Shown one piece after another: positions 7,545 through 16,489 of a stretch of DNA of 56,326 nt. Numbering within the stretch: position 1 is the first letter of the stretch; each line of letters opens with the position of its first letter. Source of the stretch: an uncultured Gammaproteobacteria bacterium. Lineage in GTDB: Bacteria > Patescibacteriota > Microgenomatia > Levybacterales > GWA1-39-11. The notes below the pieces were generated by a model. That model did not search any database. It worked only from the letters and a program-made list of their open reading frames with translations, and was not told the DNA's origin. The translations under genes and the position numbers were made by a program. The DNA is taken from the NCBI GenBank assembly GCA_964531275.1, contig CAZHDZ010000001.1, forward strand, positions 10,556 through 66,881, given 5' to 3'.

Positions 7545-8435
7545 ATGCATATATTTCATTTTTTTGTTCCTCACAAAAAAAATAATCATAGAGCCGCTCT
7601 CCTTCATAATCTAACTTTAGTAATCTTAATACTGACAGTAACGCTTACGAGTTCACTTGCGGTGCTTATTCATAAAACTCATCCTGAAGTGCTTGGGGTT
7701 AGCTATCAAATTACCGATCGTGAGCTCCTTAATCTTACTAATTTTGAAAGAGCACAAGTTGGTCTACCACCATTGAGTCTGAATAGTAAGCTTACGGAAG
7801 CGGCCAAAAAGAAGGGCAATCATATGATTAAAAACGATTACTGGGCGCATTTTGCACCAGATGGTACATCCCCATGGGATTTTATTAAAGGAGAAGGCTA
7901 CGACTATACCTATGCGGGTGAAAATTTAGCAAAAGGATATACAACTTCATTTGGGGCCATGAAGGGGTGGATGGAGTCACCAACGCATAAAGCAAATATC
8001 TTATCAAAGCAATATTCAGAAGTAGGTTTTGCGATAGTACAAGGACGTTTGACGGGAGAAGATACGGTTCTCGTGGTCCAGGAGCTGGGTTCTACTGATA
8101 ATCTTGCAGGATCTGATAAAGGAACGCTTGATGGCTCAAATATTGTAAGTGGAAGTGTGCCGCAGGTGAACGGGTCATATCAGGTGAGTTTGCCTCAGGG
8201 CAATTTAGGCCAGGAACAAGGAGTAATAAGTACTCCTGTCATAGATATTTCACTTATAGCAAAAGTTTTGACGTTTCTATTACTGTCAGCACTGCTTATT
8301 GCACTTATATTGGACTTCATAATAATAGAAAAGAAGAAGATTCCACGAAAAGTCGGGAACAATCTAGATCATTTAATTTTGGTAACTGTATTTATAGTAT
8401 TCGTTGTAATGGCGAAATTAGGTCATGTAATATAA
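7545..8435 (+). CDS. CAP/SCP (YkwD-like) domain protein with N- and C-terminal TM segments
   Basis: NFERAQVGLPPL...YWAHFAPDG...GENLAKGY...SPTHKANIL...EVGFA. Confidence 0.7.
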   Translation: MHIFHFFVPHKKNNHRAALLHNLTLVILILTVTLTSSLAVLIHKTHPEVLGVSYQITDRELLNLTNFERAQVGLPPLSLNSKLTEAAKKKGNHMIKNDYWAHFAPDGTSPWDFIKGEGYDYTYAGENLAKGYTTSFGAMKGWMESPTHKANILSKQYSEVGFAIVQGRLTGEDTVLVVQELGSTDNLAGSDKGTLDGSNIVSGSVPQVNGSYQVSLPQGNLGQEQGVISTPVIDISLIAKVLTFLLLSALLIALILDFIIIEKKKIPRKVGNNLDHLILVTVFIVFVVMAKLGHVI

Positions 8436-8436
8436 T
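8431..8436 (+). promoter_or_regulatory. -10 box TATAAT, 7 nt upstream of ATG 8444
   Basis: Read directly; no SD between. Confidence 0.35.
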
Positions 8437-8443
8437 TTGAATC

Positions 8444-8701
8444 ATGTGTAAAAATCACACTATTCTTTATTTTTTTGAATTTGCACTTATTGGCGGAGGG
8501 TTTGCATTCCTACTTGCTGTTAAGCTTTCCCTCTATACGCAGTCGTGGATTTTGGCTCTGATACTGCTTTCATATATTGTTTTGGGATTAGTGCACCATG
8601 GGAAAGATCATGATATAACTACACATGTTGTGTTAGAATATATTTTGGTAAGCGTGCTGATATTTGCACTATTTGTATTCTTGAATATAGTAAGAATTTA
8701 A
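8444..8701 (+). CDS. Small hydrophobic membrane protein (3 TM), unknown function
   Basis: Hydrophobic throughout; codon-plausible ORF between neighbouring genes. Confidence 0.5.
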   Translation: MCKNHTILYFFEFALIGGGFAFLLAVKLSLYTQSWILALILLSYIVLGLVHHGKDHDITTHVVLEYILVSVLIFALFVFLNIVRI

Positions 8702-8702
8702 T

Positions 8703-9443
8703 ATGAAGGGAATGATTTTAGCGGGGGGAATGGCCACTAGGTTACGACCTCTTACTCTTGTTACCAATAAGCATCTACTACCGGTTTATAACAAGCCGAT
8801 GATTTATTATCCAATTGAGGCACTAAAAAATGCAGGGGTTAGAGAGGTGCTTATTTCAACATCTGCGGATCATGCAGGTGAATTCGCAAATTTGCTCGGA
8901 TCAGGTGAAGAGTTTGGGCTTAGATTCTATTATGCAGTTCAAAAGAATGCCAAGGGAGGAATAGCCGACGCAATAACCCTATCTAAAGAATTTGTAGGTA
9001 AAGAAAAACTTTTGGTTATTTTAGGTGACAATATTTTTGGCCATGATTTGCATGATTCAGTAAAAAGTTTTGAGGAAAAACTAACTGGTGCACGGATTTT
9101 CGGGGTAAAAATGCCTACAGAATCAAAGCAATATGGAGTAATTGAGCTAGGTGAAAATGGACAAGTTCTATCGATTGAAGAGAAACCAGAAAATCCAAAG
9201 TCGGATATAGCGCAGACAGGAATTTACATGTATGACAATAGGGTTTTTGATTTTATTTCTCAGCTTTCACCATCAGCTAGGGACGAGCTTGAGGTAACCG
9301 ATCTTAATAATTTTTATGTTAAAGAAGGGTCGATGGAGTGTGAAATAATTGATTGGTGGATTGATGCAGGAACTTCGCATGACGAACTATTAAAAGCAGG
9401 CACAATGGTAAAAGAGATGGTTGCAAAAAATGCGTTAACCTAG
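8703..9443 (+). CDS. rmlA: Sugar-1-phosphate nucleotidyltransferase (glucose-1-phosphate thymidylyltransferase, short form)
   Basis: MILAGGMATRLRPLTLVTNKHLLPVYNKPMIYYPIE and the GDNIF motif. Confidence 0.75.
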   Translation: MKGMILAGGMATRLRPLTLVTNKHLLPVYNKPMIYYPIEALKNAGVREVLISTSADHAGEFANLLGSGEEFGLRFYYAVQKNAKGGIADAITLSKEFVGKEKLLVILGDNIFGHDLHDSVKSFEEKLTGARIFGVKMPTESKQYGVIELGENGQVLSIEEKPENPKSDIAQTGIYMYDNRVFDFISQLSPSARDELEVTDLNNFYVKEGSMECEIIDWWIDAGTSHDELLKAGTMVKEMVAKNALT

Positions 9444-9449
9444 TATAAA
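9444..9449 (+). promoter_or_regulatory. -10-like TATAAA, exactly 6 nt upstream of ATG 9456
   Basis: Read directly. The gene could also be co-transcribed with rmlA. Confidence 0.3.
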
Positions 9450-9455
9450 TTCTAT

Positions 9456-9896
9456 ATGCCACTCGCAACTACAGAACCAGCAAAAAAAGTCCAGACGAAA
9501 GATCATCAAGGTGAGGGTAATGGATTTTTAATCGAACTTTTTAAAGATAAAGAAACAAATGGAAAGACAGAGGTATACCTAACCGCTGCAATCCCAGGTG
9601 CATTTAAGGGTTATCATCTTCATAGAGTGCGTGCCGCTCGGTACGTTGCTATTAAGGGCAAAATGAAAATCACCCTTTATTCTCCTGGAAATCCAGATTC
9701 AAAAGAAGAGCACATACTCGACTCAGAAAATCCCTCAAGACTATTTATTCCAAAAGATATCGCAACCGGACTTGAGAATATCGGTGATGAAGAGGCATGG
9801 TTGGTAAATTATCCCGATCCAGCTTATGACCCATCCTTAACAGACGAACAGGTAGAATACACTGAGGAAGAACTTCTTCAAGGAGTAGTTAAATAG
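9456..9896 (+). CDS. Cupin-fold nucleotide-sugar epimerase/isomerase (RmlC/FdtA-like)
   Basis: FKGYHLHRVRAARYVAIKGKMKITL...WLVNYPDPAYDP. Cannot be assigned to 3,5-epimerase versus 3,4-ketoisomerase by eye. Confidence 0.5.
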   Translation: MPLATTEPAKKVQTKDHQGEGNGFLIELFKDKETNGKTEVYLTAAIPGAFKGYHLHRVRAARYVAIKGKMKITLYSPGNPDSKEEHILDSENPSRLFIPKDIATGLENIGDEEAWLVNYPDPAYDPSLTDEQVEYTEEELLQGVVK

Positions 9897-9940
9897 CATC
9901 CCCTTTTCTCTTTTCCTATTACATAATTCTTGCATTATTA

Positions 9941-10306
9941 ATGTTTGGATCTTTTATTTCCGAGCTATACTTAAAAGGAATTATGACAACACGAAGCATA
10001 TTACTCACTCTTCTCAACATCCTAAGCTCAGTAGTGGGGATAATAATTGGTGCAAGAATCATCTTCCTATTAGTAGGAGCAAATCCCGCAACCCCAATTG
10101 TCGCATGGATAAATAATATGAGTAATGTTCTTATATATCCTTTCTCAGGTTTATTCCAAAACATGGTTTTGTCATCCCAATCGGTCATTGACATAACGGC
10201 CATATTAGCACTAATAGTCTATGCAATTGTATTTTCGATTATTCACCACTTGGTTACAATGACAACTCATGACGAGTACGTAACTGAGGTCCACTCGCAC
10301 ATTTAA
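9941..10306 (+). CDS. YggT-like small integral membrane protein
   Basis: Two-TM repeat pattern, with ...IIFLLVGANPATPIVAWINNMSNVLIYPF. Confidence 0.4.
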   Translation: MFGSFISELYLKGIMTTRSILLTLLNILSSVVGIIIGARIIFLLVGANPATPIVAWINNMSNVLIYPFSGLFQNMVLSSQSVIDITAILALIVYAIVFSIIHHLVTMTTHDEYVTEVHSHI

Positions 10307-10351
10307 CCCTAAGATCTATAAAAGTGATATGCTGGTAAATGCAGGGCGCAT

Positions 10352-10801
10352 ATGGATCTTCGAAAGATTATTCAAGAATACTTAACAACAGCCCAAATGA
10401 TGCATCTCGGGACTTCGCATGGCAATAAGCCATGGGTTACGACTGTGTATTTTGCTGCAGATATAGAACTCAATTTTTATTGGCTATCAAGAAAAAGTAG
10501 GAGGCATTCTTCCGAGATCTCAAAAAATTCACACGTTGCAGGAGCAATAGTTCTTCCTCATAATTATGGTGATAAAGTTAGAGGTATCCAGTTTGAAGGT
10601 GAAGCCCGTGAACTTTCTGATGAAGACGCCAATGCTGGGCGCACAATATATAAAAGTAAATACTGGATAGTTGAGGATCCAGTAATGTCGGCTGTCGAGG
10701 GGGGAGATCCACAAATATGCTATCAGGTTAAACCTAGCAAAATTCTACTTTATGACGAAGTGAATTTTCCCCAAAATCCTTCCCAAGAATTAAAGATTTG
10801 A
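10352..10801 (+). CDS. Pyridoxamine 5'-phosphate oxidase-family (FMN-binding split-barrel) protein, copy 1
   Basis: MHLGTSHGNKPWVTTVYFA...GIQFEGEAREL pattern. Confidence 0.65.
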   Translation: MDLRKIIQEYLTTAQMMHLGTSHGNKPWVTTVYFAADIELNFYWLSRKSRRHSSEISKNSHVAGAIVLPHNYGDKVRGIQFEGEARELSDEDANAGRTIYKSKYWIVEDPVMSAVEGGDPQICYQVKPSKILLYDEVNFPQNPSQELKI

Positions 10802-10809
10802 TTGTGTTT

Positions 10810-10818
10810 TGATATACT
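10810..10818 (+). promoter_or_regulatory. Extended -10 TGaTATACT, exactly 6 nt upstream of ATG 10825 (predicted leaderless)
   Basis: Read directly; no SD. Confidence 0.55.
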
Positions 10819-10824
10819 ACTCAC

Positions 10825-11385
10825 ATGGCAGAAGGAGAAAATAGTCAGACAGTTCCACTCAATATTGTTTTACGCCCTGATTCTACAGTGGCTAACTGGG
10901 CTATGACATATAGCTACCGAGTGACGAGGCATTTTCCGGCAGAATTTAATTTAGATACAGATTTATATAAAGCTCATTTGTCATTGGTCCATGGAGAGTA
11001 TTCTCCCGAAGCGATACCGAAGCTCACTATGTTGCTTGAGGGTATAGCCGCTGAGACTGAGCCATTTCAGGTTGAAGTAGATCAATTTGTTGTTTCACCA
11101 AAAGATTTTTTACACTGGAAGGCAACTCAAAGCAAGGATCTTATGATTCTTCAAAGGCGGGTACTTGAAGCTGCATCTTCCGCGGGAACTATAATAGACC
11201 AAGGTGAGTACAATCCCCACATCACATTAACGAAATTAAAAGATCCTAGTACTGTAAAACCTGTTTTGGCAAGTCTAGGAAAGGGTGATCTTAAATTATT
11301 TCAAGCAGACTCAATGGCGGTAATGGATTTGGGTTCTTATGGGACTGTATCAACATTAAGGGTAGACATCCCATTTTTGCTTTAA
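10825..11385 (+). CDS. 2H phosphoesterase (LigT / 2',5'-RNA ligase-like)
   Basis: Two HxS/T motifs: AHLSLV and PHITLT. Confidence 0.65.
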   Translation: MAEGENSQTVPLNIVLRPDSTVANWAMTYSYRVTRHFPAEFNLDTDLYKAHLSLVHGEYSPEAIPKLTMLLEGIAAETEPFQVEVDQFVVSPKDFLHWKATQSKDLMILQRRVLEAASSAGTIIDQGEYNPHITLTKLKDPSTVKPVLASLGKGDLKLFQADSMAVMDLGSYGTVSTLRVDIPFLL

Positions 11386-11387
11386 AT

Positions 11388-11804
11388 ATGGTTACTAAAA
11401 ATGAGCTATACGAATTTTTAAATTCTCAAAACCATGCGGTAATTTCGACTGTTAGTAGTGAGGGAAAACCGCAAGCTGCACTTGTAGGATTTGGGCAGAC
11501 CCAAGACTTAGAACTCATCTTTGGGACAGATATGACAACAAGAAAGGCTCAGAATCTTTCTAAAAATAAAATTGTTGCATTGGTTATTAACGGGCCTGAT
11601 TCCTGCGTTCAGTATGAGGGTCGTGCACGACAGGTTGAAAAAGATGAGCTGGAAAAATACTTTGACCTTTTCTTTAAAAAAATACCTGGATTAGAAAAAT
11701 ATTCTCAGCTTAAAAATCAAATATATTTTGTTGTGACTCCTTCCTGGATACGTTACATTGACCATACCACCTCTCCAGGAACAGTGAGTGAGGTAAGATT
11801 TTAA
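11388..11804 (+). CDS. Pyridoxamine 5'-phosphate oxidase-family protein, copy 2
   Basis: AVISTVSSEGKPQAALVGFG...VQYEGRARQV pattern. Confidence 0.65.
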   Translation: MVTKNELYEFLNSQNHAVISTVSSEGKPQAALVGFGQTQDLELIFGTDMTTRKAQNLSKNKIVALVINGPDSCVQYEGRARQVEKDELEKYFDLFFKKIPGLEKYSQLKNQIYFVVTPSWIRYIDHTTSPGTVSEVRF

Positions 11805-11805
11805 G

Positions 11806-12501
11806 ATGCAATCCTATCAAAAATTACAGTTTGATCTAATAGAAAAAATTGAGTGTGACTTTAGAGAGGGAAAAGAACCCTCCACTATTGTTGAGCCAGT
11901 GCCAGACTATATCCATGATGACAGGATTTGCCTAACAGCAATTTCTTTTTTACCGCAGGAAGTTGAAGATGAAATCATTACTAAGATCATAAAGCCGTTG
12001 CGCGAAGCGGATAGTCGTCAATACTTTTATGTACCAAGTTCCTTTCATGTAACTATTCAAAATGTGAGAACTATAGCAAATCCTCCTCTTTTTAATGATC
12101 GAGACATTGAAAAAACTAAGGACGTTTTTGAAAGAATGGTGCCTCAATTTAATGCACCCCAATTTAGCTTGGAGGGAATTTTTATTCTTCCCACGAGTCT
12201 CTCGGTTTGTGCTTTTACCTCCCAAGAATTCGGATCTATGGTTAAGAGGTTAAGAATAGAGCTTGAAAAAAACGGTGTAGAGGACAACAAGAAATATGCT
12301 GATGAGAATATTATTCTTGCAAATTCAACCTTTTGCCGATTTACAACTGATCCAAATGAAGATTTTATGGAAAAAGTTAAGGACTTAAAGAAAGTAAAAG
12401 TTGGTCAATTCACGCCTGCATCTCTGAGTCTTGTTGAGACAAATTGTGTTTGCTTGCCGGAAAAAACTAATGTAATTGCTTCATATTCCTTCCGTAAATA
12501 A
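11806..12501 (+). CDS. 2H-phosphoesterase-like protein with a degenerate second motif
   Basis: First motif SFHVTIQ is present. The second motif position reads ANSTF (His replaced). Confidence 0.35.
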   Translation: MQSYQKLQFDLIEKIECDFREGKEPSTIVEPVPDYIHDDRICLTAISFLPQEVEDEIITKIIKPLREADSRQYFYVPSSFHVTIQNVRTIANPPLFNDRDIEKTKDVFERMVPQFNAPQFSLEGIFILPTSLSVCAFTSQEFGSMVKRLRIELEKNGVEDNKKYADENIILANSTFCRFTTDPNEDFMEKVKDLKKVKVGQFTPASLSLVETNCVCLPEKTNVIASYSFRK

Positions 12502-12503
12502 TC

Positions 12504-12512
12504 TGCTATATT
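12504..12512 (+). promoter_or_regulatory. Extended -10 TGcTATATT, exactly 6 nt upstream of ATG 12519
   Basis: Read directly; no SD. Confidence 0.5.
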
Positions 12513-12518
12513 TAATGC

Positions 12519-13079
12519 ATGTCTAAGAAAAAAGAAAGTAAGACGACTCAAATTTTTTTGATTGCAGTAATTGCTCTAATTCTTGCAGGAGCAAGCTTTT
12601 TCTTTTTCGTAAAGCTTTCTGAGCAGCAAAAACTATCAAAAATAAATTCTTTTGATGAATGTCAAAGAGCCGGTTTTCCAATAATGGAAAGCTACCCCCC
12701 ACAATGTCGTGCAAACAACAAAACATTCACACAGGATATTGGAAATGAGTTGTCTTACTCCGATGAGATCCTAGTATCAAGTCCTCGCCCAAATCAGAAG
12801 ATATCTTCACCTATTACAATCGAGGGTAAAGCGCGAGGAACATGGTTCTTTGAGGGGACGATGAATGCTAAGCTTTATGATTCATCAAATAAGCATTTAG
12901 CTGATATTATTTTGACCGCAAGAGACGAATGGATGACTGAAAATTTTGTACCATTCTCCGGATCTGCTGAATTTTCTATACCAGAAAATCCAAAAGGTCG
13001 ACTTATTATTCACAATGATAATCCATCAGGACTGCCTGAAAATCAAAAAGAACTTGTTATCCCAGTTGTTTTTGAATAA
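12519..13079 (+). CDS. Membrane-anchored Gmad2 immunoglobulin-like domain protein
   Basis: N-terminal TM; SSPITIEGKARGTWFFEGTMNAKLYD...FSGSAEF. Confidence 0.55.
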   Translation: MSKKKESKTTQIFLIAVIALILAGASFFFFVKLSEQQKLSKINSFDECQRAGFPIMESYPPQCRANNKTFTQDIGNELSYSDEILVSSPRPNQKISSPITIEGKARGTWFFEGTMNAKLYDSSNKHLADIILTARDEWMTENFVPFSGSAEFSIPENPKGRLIIHNDNPSGLPENQKELVIPVVFE

Positions 13080-13087
13080 ATATTTTT

Positions 13088-13096
13088 TGATATACT
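13088..13096 (+). promoter_or_regulatory. Extended -10 TGaTATACT, 10 nt upstream of ATG 13107
   Basis: Read directly; shares the ttttgatatactcac motif with sites near 10810 and 48458. Confidence 0.5.
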
Positions 13097-13106
13097 CACC
13101 ATACAC

Positions 13107-14120
13107 ATGGCAAAAGTTTTAGTTACCGGAGGTGCCGGATTTATAGGTTCTAACTTCGTTCTCTATTGGGTGAATCAGCATCCAGATGATACTGTTATTG
13201 TTTTTGACAAGCTTACGTATGCAGGAAATTTAGAAAATCTTGTCTCAATTGAAGGAAAGAAGAACTATCTTTTTGTTCAGGGAGATATTACCAATCCAGA
13301 CATGGTAGACAGTGTAATGAAGGGTGTTGACGTTGTTGTCCATTTTGCAGCCGAGTCACACGTGGATAGAAGTATTAAGACTCCAGCTGCATTCGTTCAG
13401 ACAAATGTAGTCGGAACTCAGGTCCTTCTTGATGCTGCTGTTAAGCATCAGGTAAAAAGATTTCATCACATATCAACAGATGAAGTATTTGGAGCCCTAA
13501 GTCTTGATACTACGGAAAGATTTAATGAGAATACTCCCTATGATCCTCATAGTCCATATTCAGCCAGTAAAGCCGGATCTGACCATCTGGTAAGAGCGTA
13601 TCACGATACATACGGGCTACCAATATCAATAACTAATTGTGCTAATAATTACGGACCATTTCACTTTCCAGAAAAATTAATACCTCTTGCAATAACGAAT
13701 TTACTTGAAGGGAAAAAAGTTCCCGTGTATGGAGACGGTAAATATGTAAGAGATTGGTTGTATGTTGAAGATCATGTCAGAGCTATAGAGCTTGTTTTGG
13801 AAAAAGGAAAAATAGGTGAGACTTATTGCGTTGGGAGTATGACTCAAGATGTAAATAACTTAGAAGTTGTAAGAAAAATTTTAGCTATTATGGGGAAAGA
13901 TGATTCAGAAATTGAATTTGTAAAAGACAGGCCTGGACATGATAGAAGATATGCAATTGATTGGTCAAAAATTCAAAGAGAGCTTGGCTGGAAACCATTG
14001 AACGATTTTGATACCTGGCTTGAAAAAACAATTGCATGGTATAAAGATAATGAGAAGTGGTGGAGGGATATTAAATCAGGAGACTACAAAAATTACTACA
14101 GCGAGCAGTACAATAAATAG
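13107..14120 (+). CDS. rmlB: dTDP-glucose 4,6-dehydratase
   Basis: VTGGAGFIGSNF, HFAAESHVDRS, YSASKAGSDHL and GDGKYVRDWLYVEDH. Confidence 0.9.
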   Translation: MAKVLVTGGAGFIGSNFVLYWVNQHPDDTVIVFDKLTYAGNLENLVSIEGKKNYLFVQGDITNPDMVDSVMKGVDVVVHFAAESHVDRSIKTPAAFVQTNVVGTQVLLDAAVKHQVKRFHHISTDEVFGALSLDTTERFNENTPYDPHSPYSASKAGSDHLVRAYHDTYGLPISITNCANNYGPFHFPEKLIPLAITNLLEGKKVPVYGDGKYVRDWLYVEDHVRAIELVLEKGKIGETYCVGSMTQDVNNLEVVRKILAIMGKDDSEIEFVKDRPGHDRRYAIDWSKIQRELGWKPLNDFDTWLEKTIAWYKDNEKWWRDIKSGDYKNYYSEQYNK

Positions 14121-14143
14121 CGAGATGCCAAGCTTGCTAATGA

Positions 14144-14163
14144 AAAATCTGAATAGATTTTTT
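14144..14163 (+). terminator. Weak AT-rich hairpin (aaaatct-gaat-agatttt) followed by a T-run, after rmlB
   Basis: Read directly. Confidence 0.3.
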
Positions 14164-14190
14164 GCAGCGTTGTGAAAATGAACAAAACAC

Positions 14191-14196
14191 TATAAA
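14191..14196 (+). promoter_or_regulatory. -10-like TATAAA, exactly 6 nt upstream of ATG 14203
   Basis: Read directly; no SD. Confidence 0.4.
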
Positions 14197-14202
14197 ACAT
14201 AA

Positions 14203-15123
14203 ATGAAAATTATACTAACCGGTGCTACCGGACTAATCGGATCAAGATTTGAGGAGCTCCTTTTTGAGAAGCATGAAATTATTCCCCTCTCTTCCTCAAA
14301 GGGTGTTGATATAACGGATAGAGAGTCTCTTGACCACTTTCTAAAAGATAAATCTTACGATGCAATTGTTCACCTGGCAGCAAAGACAGACGTAGATGGG
14401 TCTGAGCTCGATCGAGAACATGACCTTACGTTGCTGGGAATAGGGGAAGATGAATTAATTGATCTGGACATTAATTCCATCGACGTTGAAAAATGGAAAG
14501 GGAGTAAAACCGCTGTTGGAATAAATGCGATTGGGACAAAAAATCTTAAGAATCTAGCATATGAAGCAGGTGCTAAATTTATCTATATATCTACAGACTT
14601 TGTTTTTTCGGGCAAAGAAAATGAGAACACTGAAGAGTCAAAGCCCAGTCCAGTTGACTGGTATGGTATGAGCAAATACCTTGGAGAGCGTACTATTGAT
14701 CAATCAACGGATCTAATCACGAGAATATCCTTTCCCTACGGACATCTTAGTCCTGTCAAGAAAGACTTTGTTTGGCGACTCCATGACCTGATTTCTTCCC
14801 GAGATGAGGTCTCACTGATTTCTGACCAAATCATTACACCAACTTTTATTGATGATGTTGTAATGGGAATAGATTTCCTATTGGAAAGTGATCAAAAGGG
14901 CGTAATCCACTTGGCTGGTTCAAGTTATCATACACCTAAGGAAATAGCTGAAATGATCAAGCAACAATTTGGCCTCTCAACAACAATTGGTGAATCTAAA
15001 TTAGCCGATGTATATGCAGGTAAAGCGCCTCGCCCCTTCCATTCAATCATGAAAAATGATAAGCTCAAGACCCTTGGATTTATACCGAAAACCTTCAGCC
15101 AGGGCTTAGAATTGATTAAATAA
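14203..15123 (+). CDS. rmlD: SDR-family dTDP-4-dehydrorhamnose reductase-like protein, with a ~30-aa insertion
   Basis: ILTGATGLIGS, HLAAKTDVD, YGMSKYLGE. The insertion reads DREHDLTLLGIGEDELIDLDINSIDVEKW. Confidence 0.55.
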   Translation: MKIILTGATGLIGSRFEELLFEKHEIIPLSSSKGVDITDRESLDHFLKDKSYDAIVHLAAKTDVDGSELDREHDLTLLGIGEDELIDLDINSIDVEKWKGSKTAVGINAIGTKNLKNLAYEAGAKFIYISTDFVFSGKENENTEESKPSPVDWYGMSKYLGERTIDQSTDLITRISFPYGHLSPVKKDFVWRLHDLISSRDEVSLISDQIITPTFIDDVVMGIDFLLESDQKGVIHLAGSSYHTPKEIAEMIKQQFGLSTTIGESKLADVYAGKAPRPFHSIMKNDKLKTLGFIPKTFSQGLELIK

Positions 15124-15182
15124 TATAGTATAATCATTATGAGTCTAAGGTGTTGCCTTGGAAGCAGTCTACAATTTTATTT

Positions 15183-16481
15183 ATGAAAATCACATTTATT
15201 GGACACGGATATGTTGGCCTAGTTTCTGCATCAATATTTGCAGATTTAGGTAATGACGTAACCGTAATTGGACATACCCCAGAAACTGTTGAGAACCTAA
15301 ATAAGGGCAATGTCCACATCTACGAACCTGGCCTTACAGAGCTAGCTCAGAAAAATATTGCCGCTGGACGTCTTAGATTTACTCTTGATTACGATTCGGT
15401 AAAGGATGCGGATATAGTATTTACCGCAGTTGGGACTCCTCCTAAAGAGACAGGTGAGGCGGATCTATCTACGGTACTTGCAGTTGTTGAAAAAATTGCA
15501 AAACACCTATCGGGGTATACCGTTGTTGTAACCAAAAGCACAGTGCCAATAGGTACTAATAAAAAAGTAAAAGAGCTGATTCTTAGCGTTAAAGATGACA
15601 AGGCAGAATTTGATGTAGCCTCTTGTCCAGAATTTTTAAGACAAGGGTCGGCTATTGCTGATACTCTCAACCCGGACAGAATTGTTATTGGAACCGAGAC
15701 AAAAAGAGCCCAAGATTTATTGATAGAGCTGCATAAGCCATTGCAAGAAAATACAAATTGTCCTTATGTTCTAACTAACCTAGAAACAGCAGAGATGATT
15801 AAGTATGCTGCTAACTCTTTCTTGGCAATGAAAATTTCATTTGCAAATTCTATAGCTCAACTGTCTGAAGTGACTGGAGCTGATGCATTGAAAGCACTAG
15901 AGGGTATAGGCTTTGATAAGAGAATTGGAAATTACTTTCTGCAACCTGGCCCCGGATATGGGGGAAGTTGTTTCCCTAAAGATGTAAAAGCTTTAATATC
16001 AATTGCAAAAGACTATAATTTTGATTTCGAGTTATTAAAGGAAGTTGAAAACGTAAATGATTCAGCAAAACGCTCGATTGTTAAGAAAGCTGAAAACTTA
16101 CTTGGTGATCTAACCGGAAAAAGAATTGGCGTTTTGGGTCTTGCTTTCAAGCCAAATACTGATGATATGAGATACGCTCCGTCTATCGAAATCATAGATT
16201 GGTTGAAAGAAAGAGGAGCTAGTATTATTGCCTATGATCCTCAATCAATGGAAAAAGCAAAGAAGATAATTTCAGACATAACATTTACGGAAGATATGTA
16301 TGAAGTTGCCAAGGATGCAGATCTATTGATGATAATCACAGACTGGAACGAATTTAAAGAGATGGATCTAGATAAGGTAAAGGAACTCTTAAAAAGCCCG
16401 AATATAATTGATGCACGAAATATTTATGACCCGGAAAAAATGAAAGATGCCGGTTTTACCTATCTCGGAGTAGGACGGTAA
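15183..16481 (+). CDS. ugd: UDP-glucose 6-dehydrogenase
   Basis: MKITFIGHGYVGLV...GGSCFPKD...GLAFKPNTDDMR. The ORF-track GTG 15150 start was rejected in favour of ATG 15183. Confidence 0.85.
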   Translation: MKITFIGHGYVGLVSASIFADLGNDVTVIGHTPETVENLNKGNVHIYEPGLTELAQKNIAAGRLRFTLDYDSVKDADIVFTAVGTPPKETGEADLSTVLAVVEKIAKHLSGYTVVVTKSTVPIGTNKKVKELILSVKDDKAEFDVASCPEFLRQGSAIADTLNPDRIVIGTETKRAQDLLIELHKPLQENTNCPYVLTNLETAEMIKYAANSFLAMKISFANSIAQLSEVTGADALKALEGIGFDKRIGNYFLQPGPGYGGSCFPKDVKALISIAKDYNFDFELLKEVENVNDSAKRSIVKKAENLLGDLTGKRIGVLGLAFKPNTDDMRYAPSIEIIDWLKERGASIIAYDPQSMEKAKKIISDITFTEDMYEVAKDADLLMIITDWNEFKEMDLDKVKELLKSPNIIDARNIYDPEKMKDAGFTYLGVGR

Positions 16482-16489
16482 AAATCACT

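Noticed and set aside
15129-15186. 15-codon uORF (ATG 15139 to TGA 15186) ending in an ATGA overlap with the ugd start, analogous to the 5316 uORF
   Set aside because: The only good -10 (TATAAT 15129-15134) lies 4 nt from this ATG, so the predicted TSS would fall downstream of it. There is no SD, and the peptide (MSLRCCLGSSLQFYL) is unremarkable. It is probably a chance ORF.
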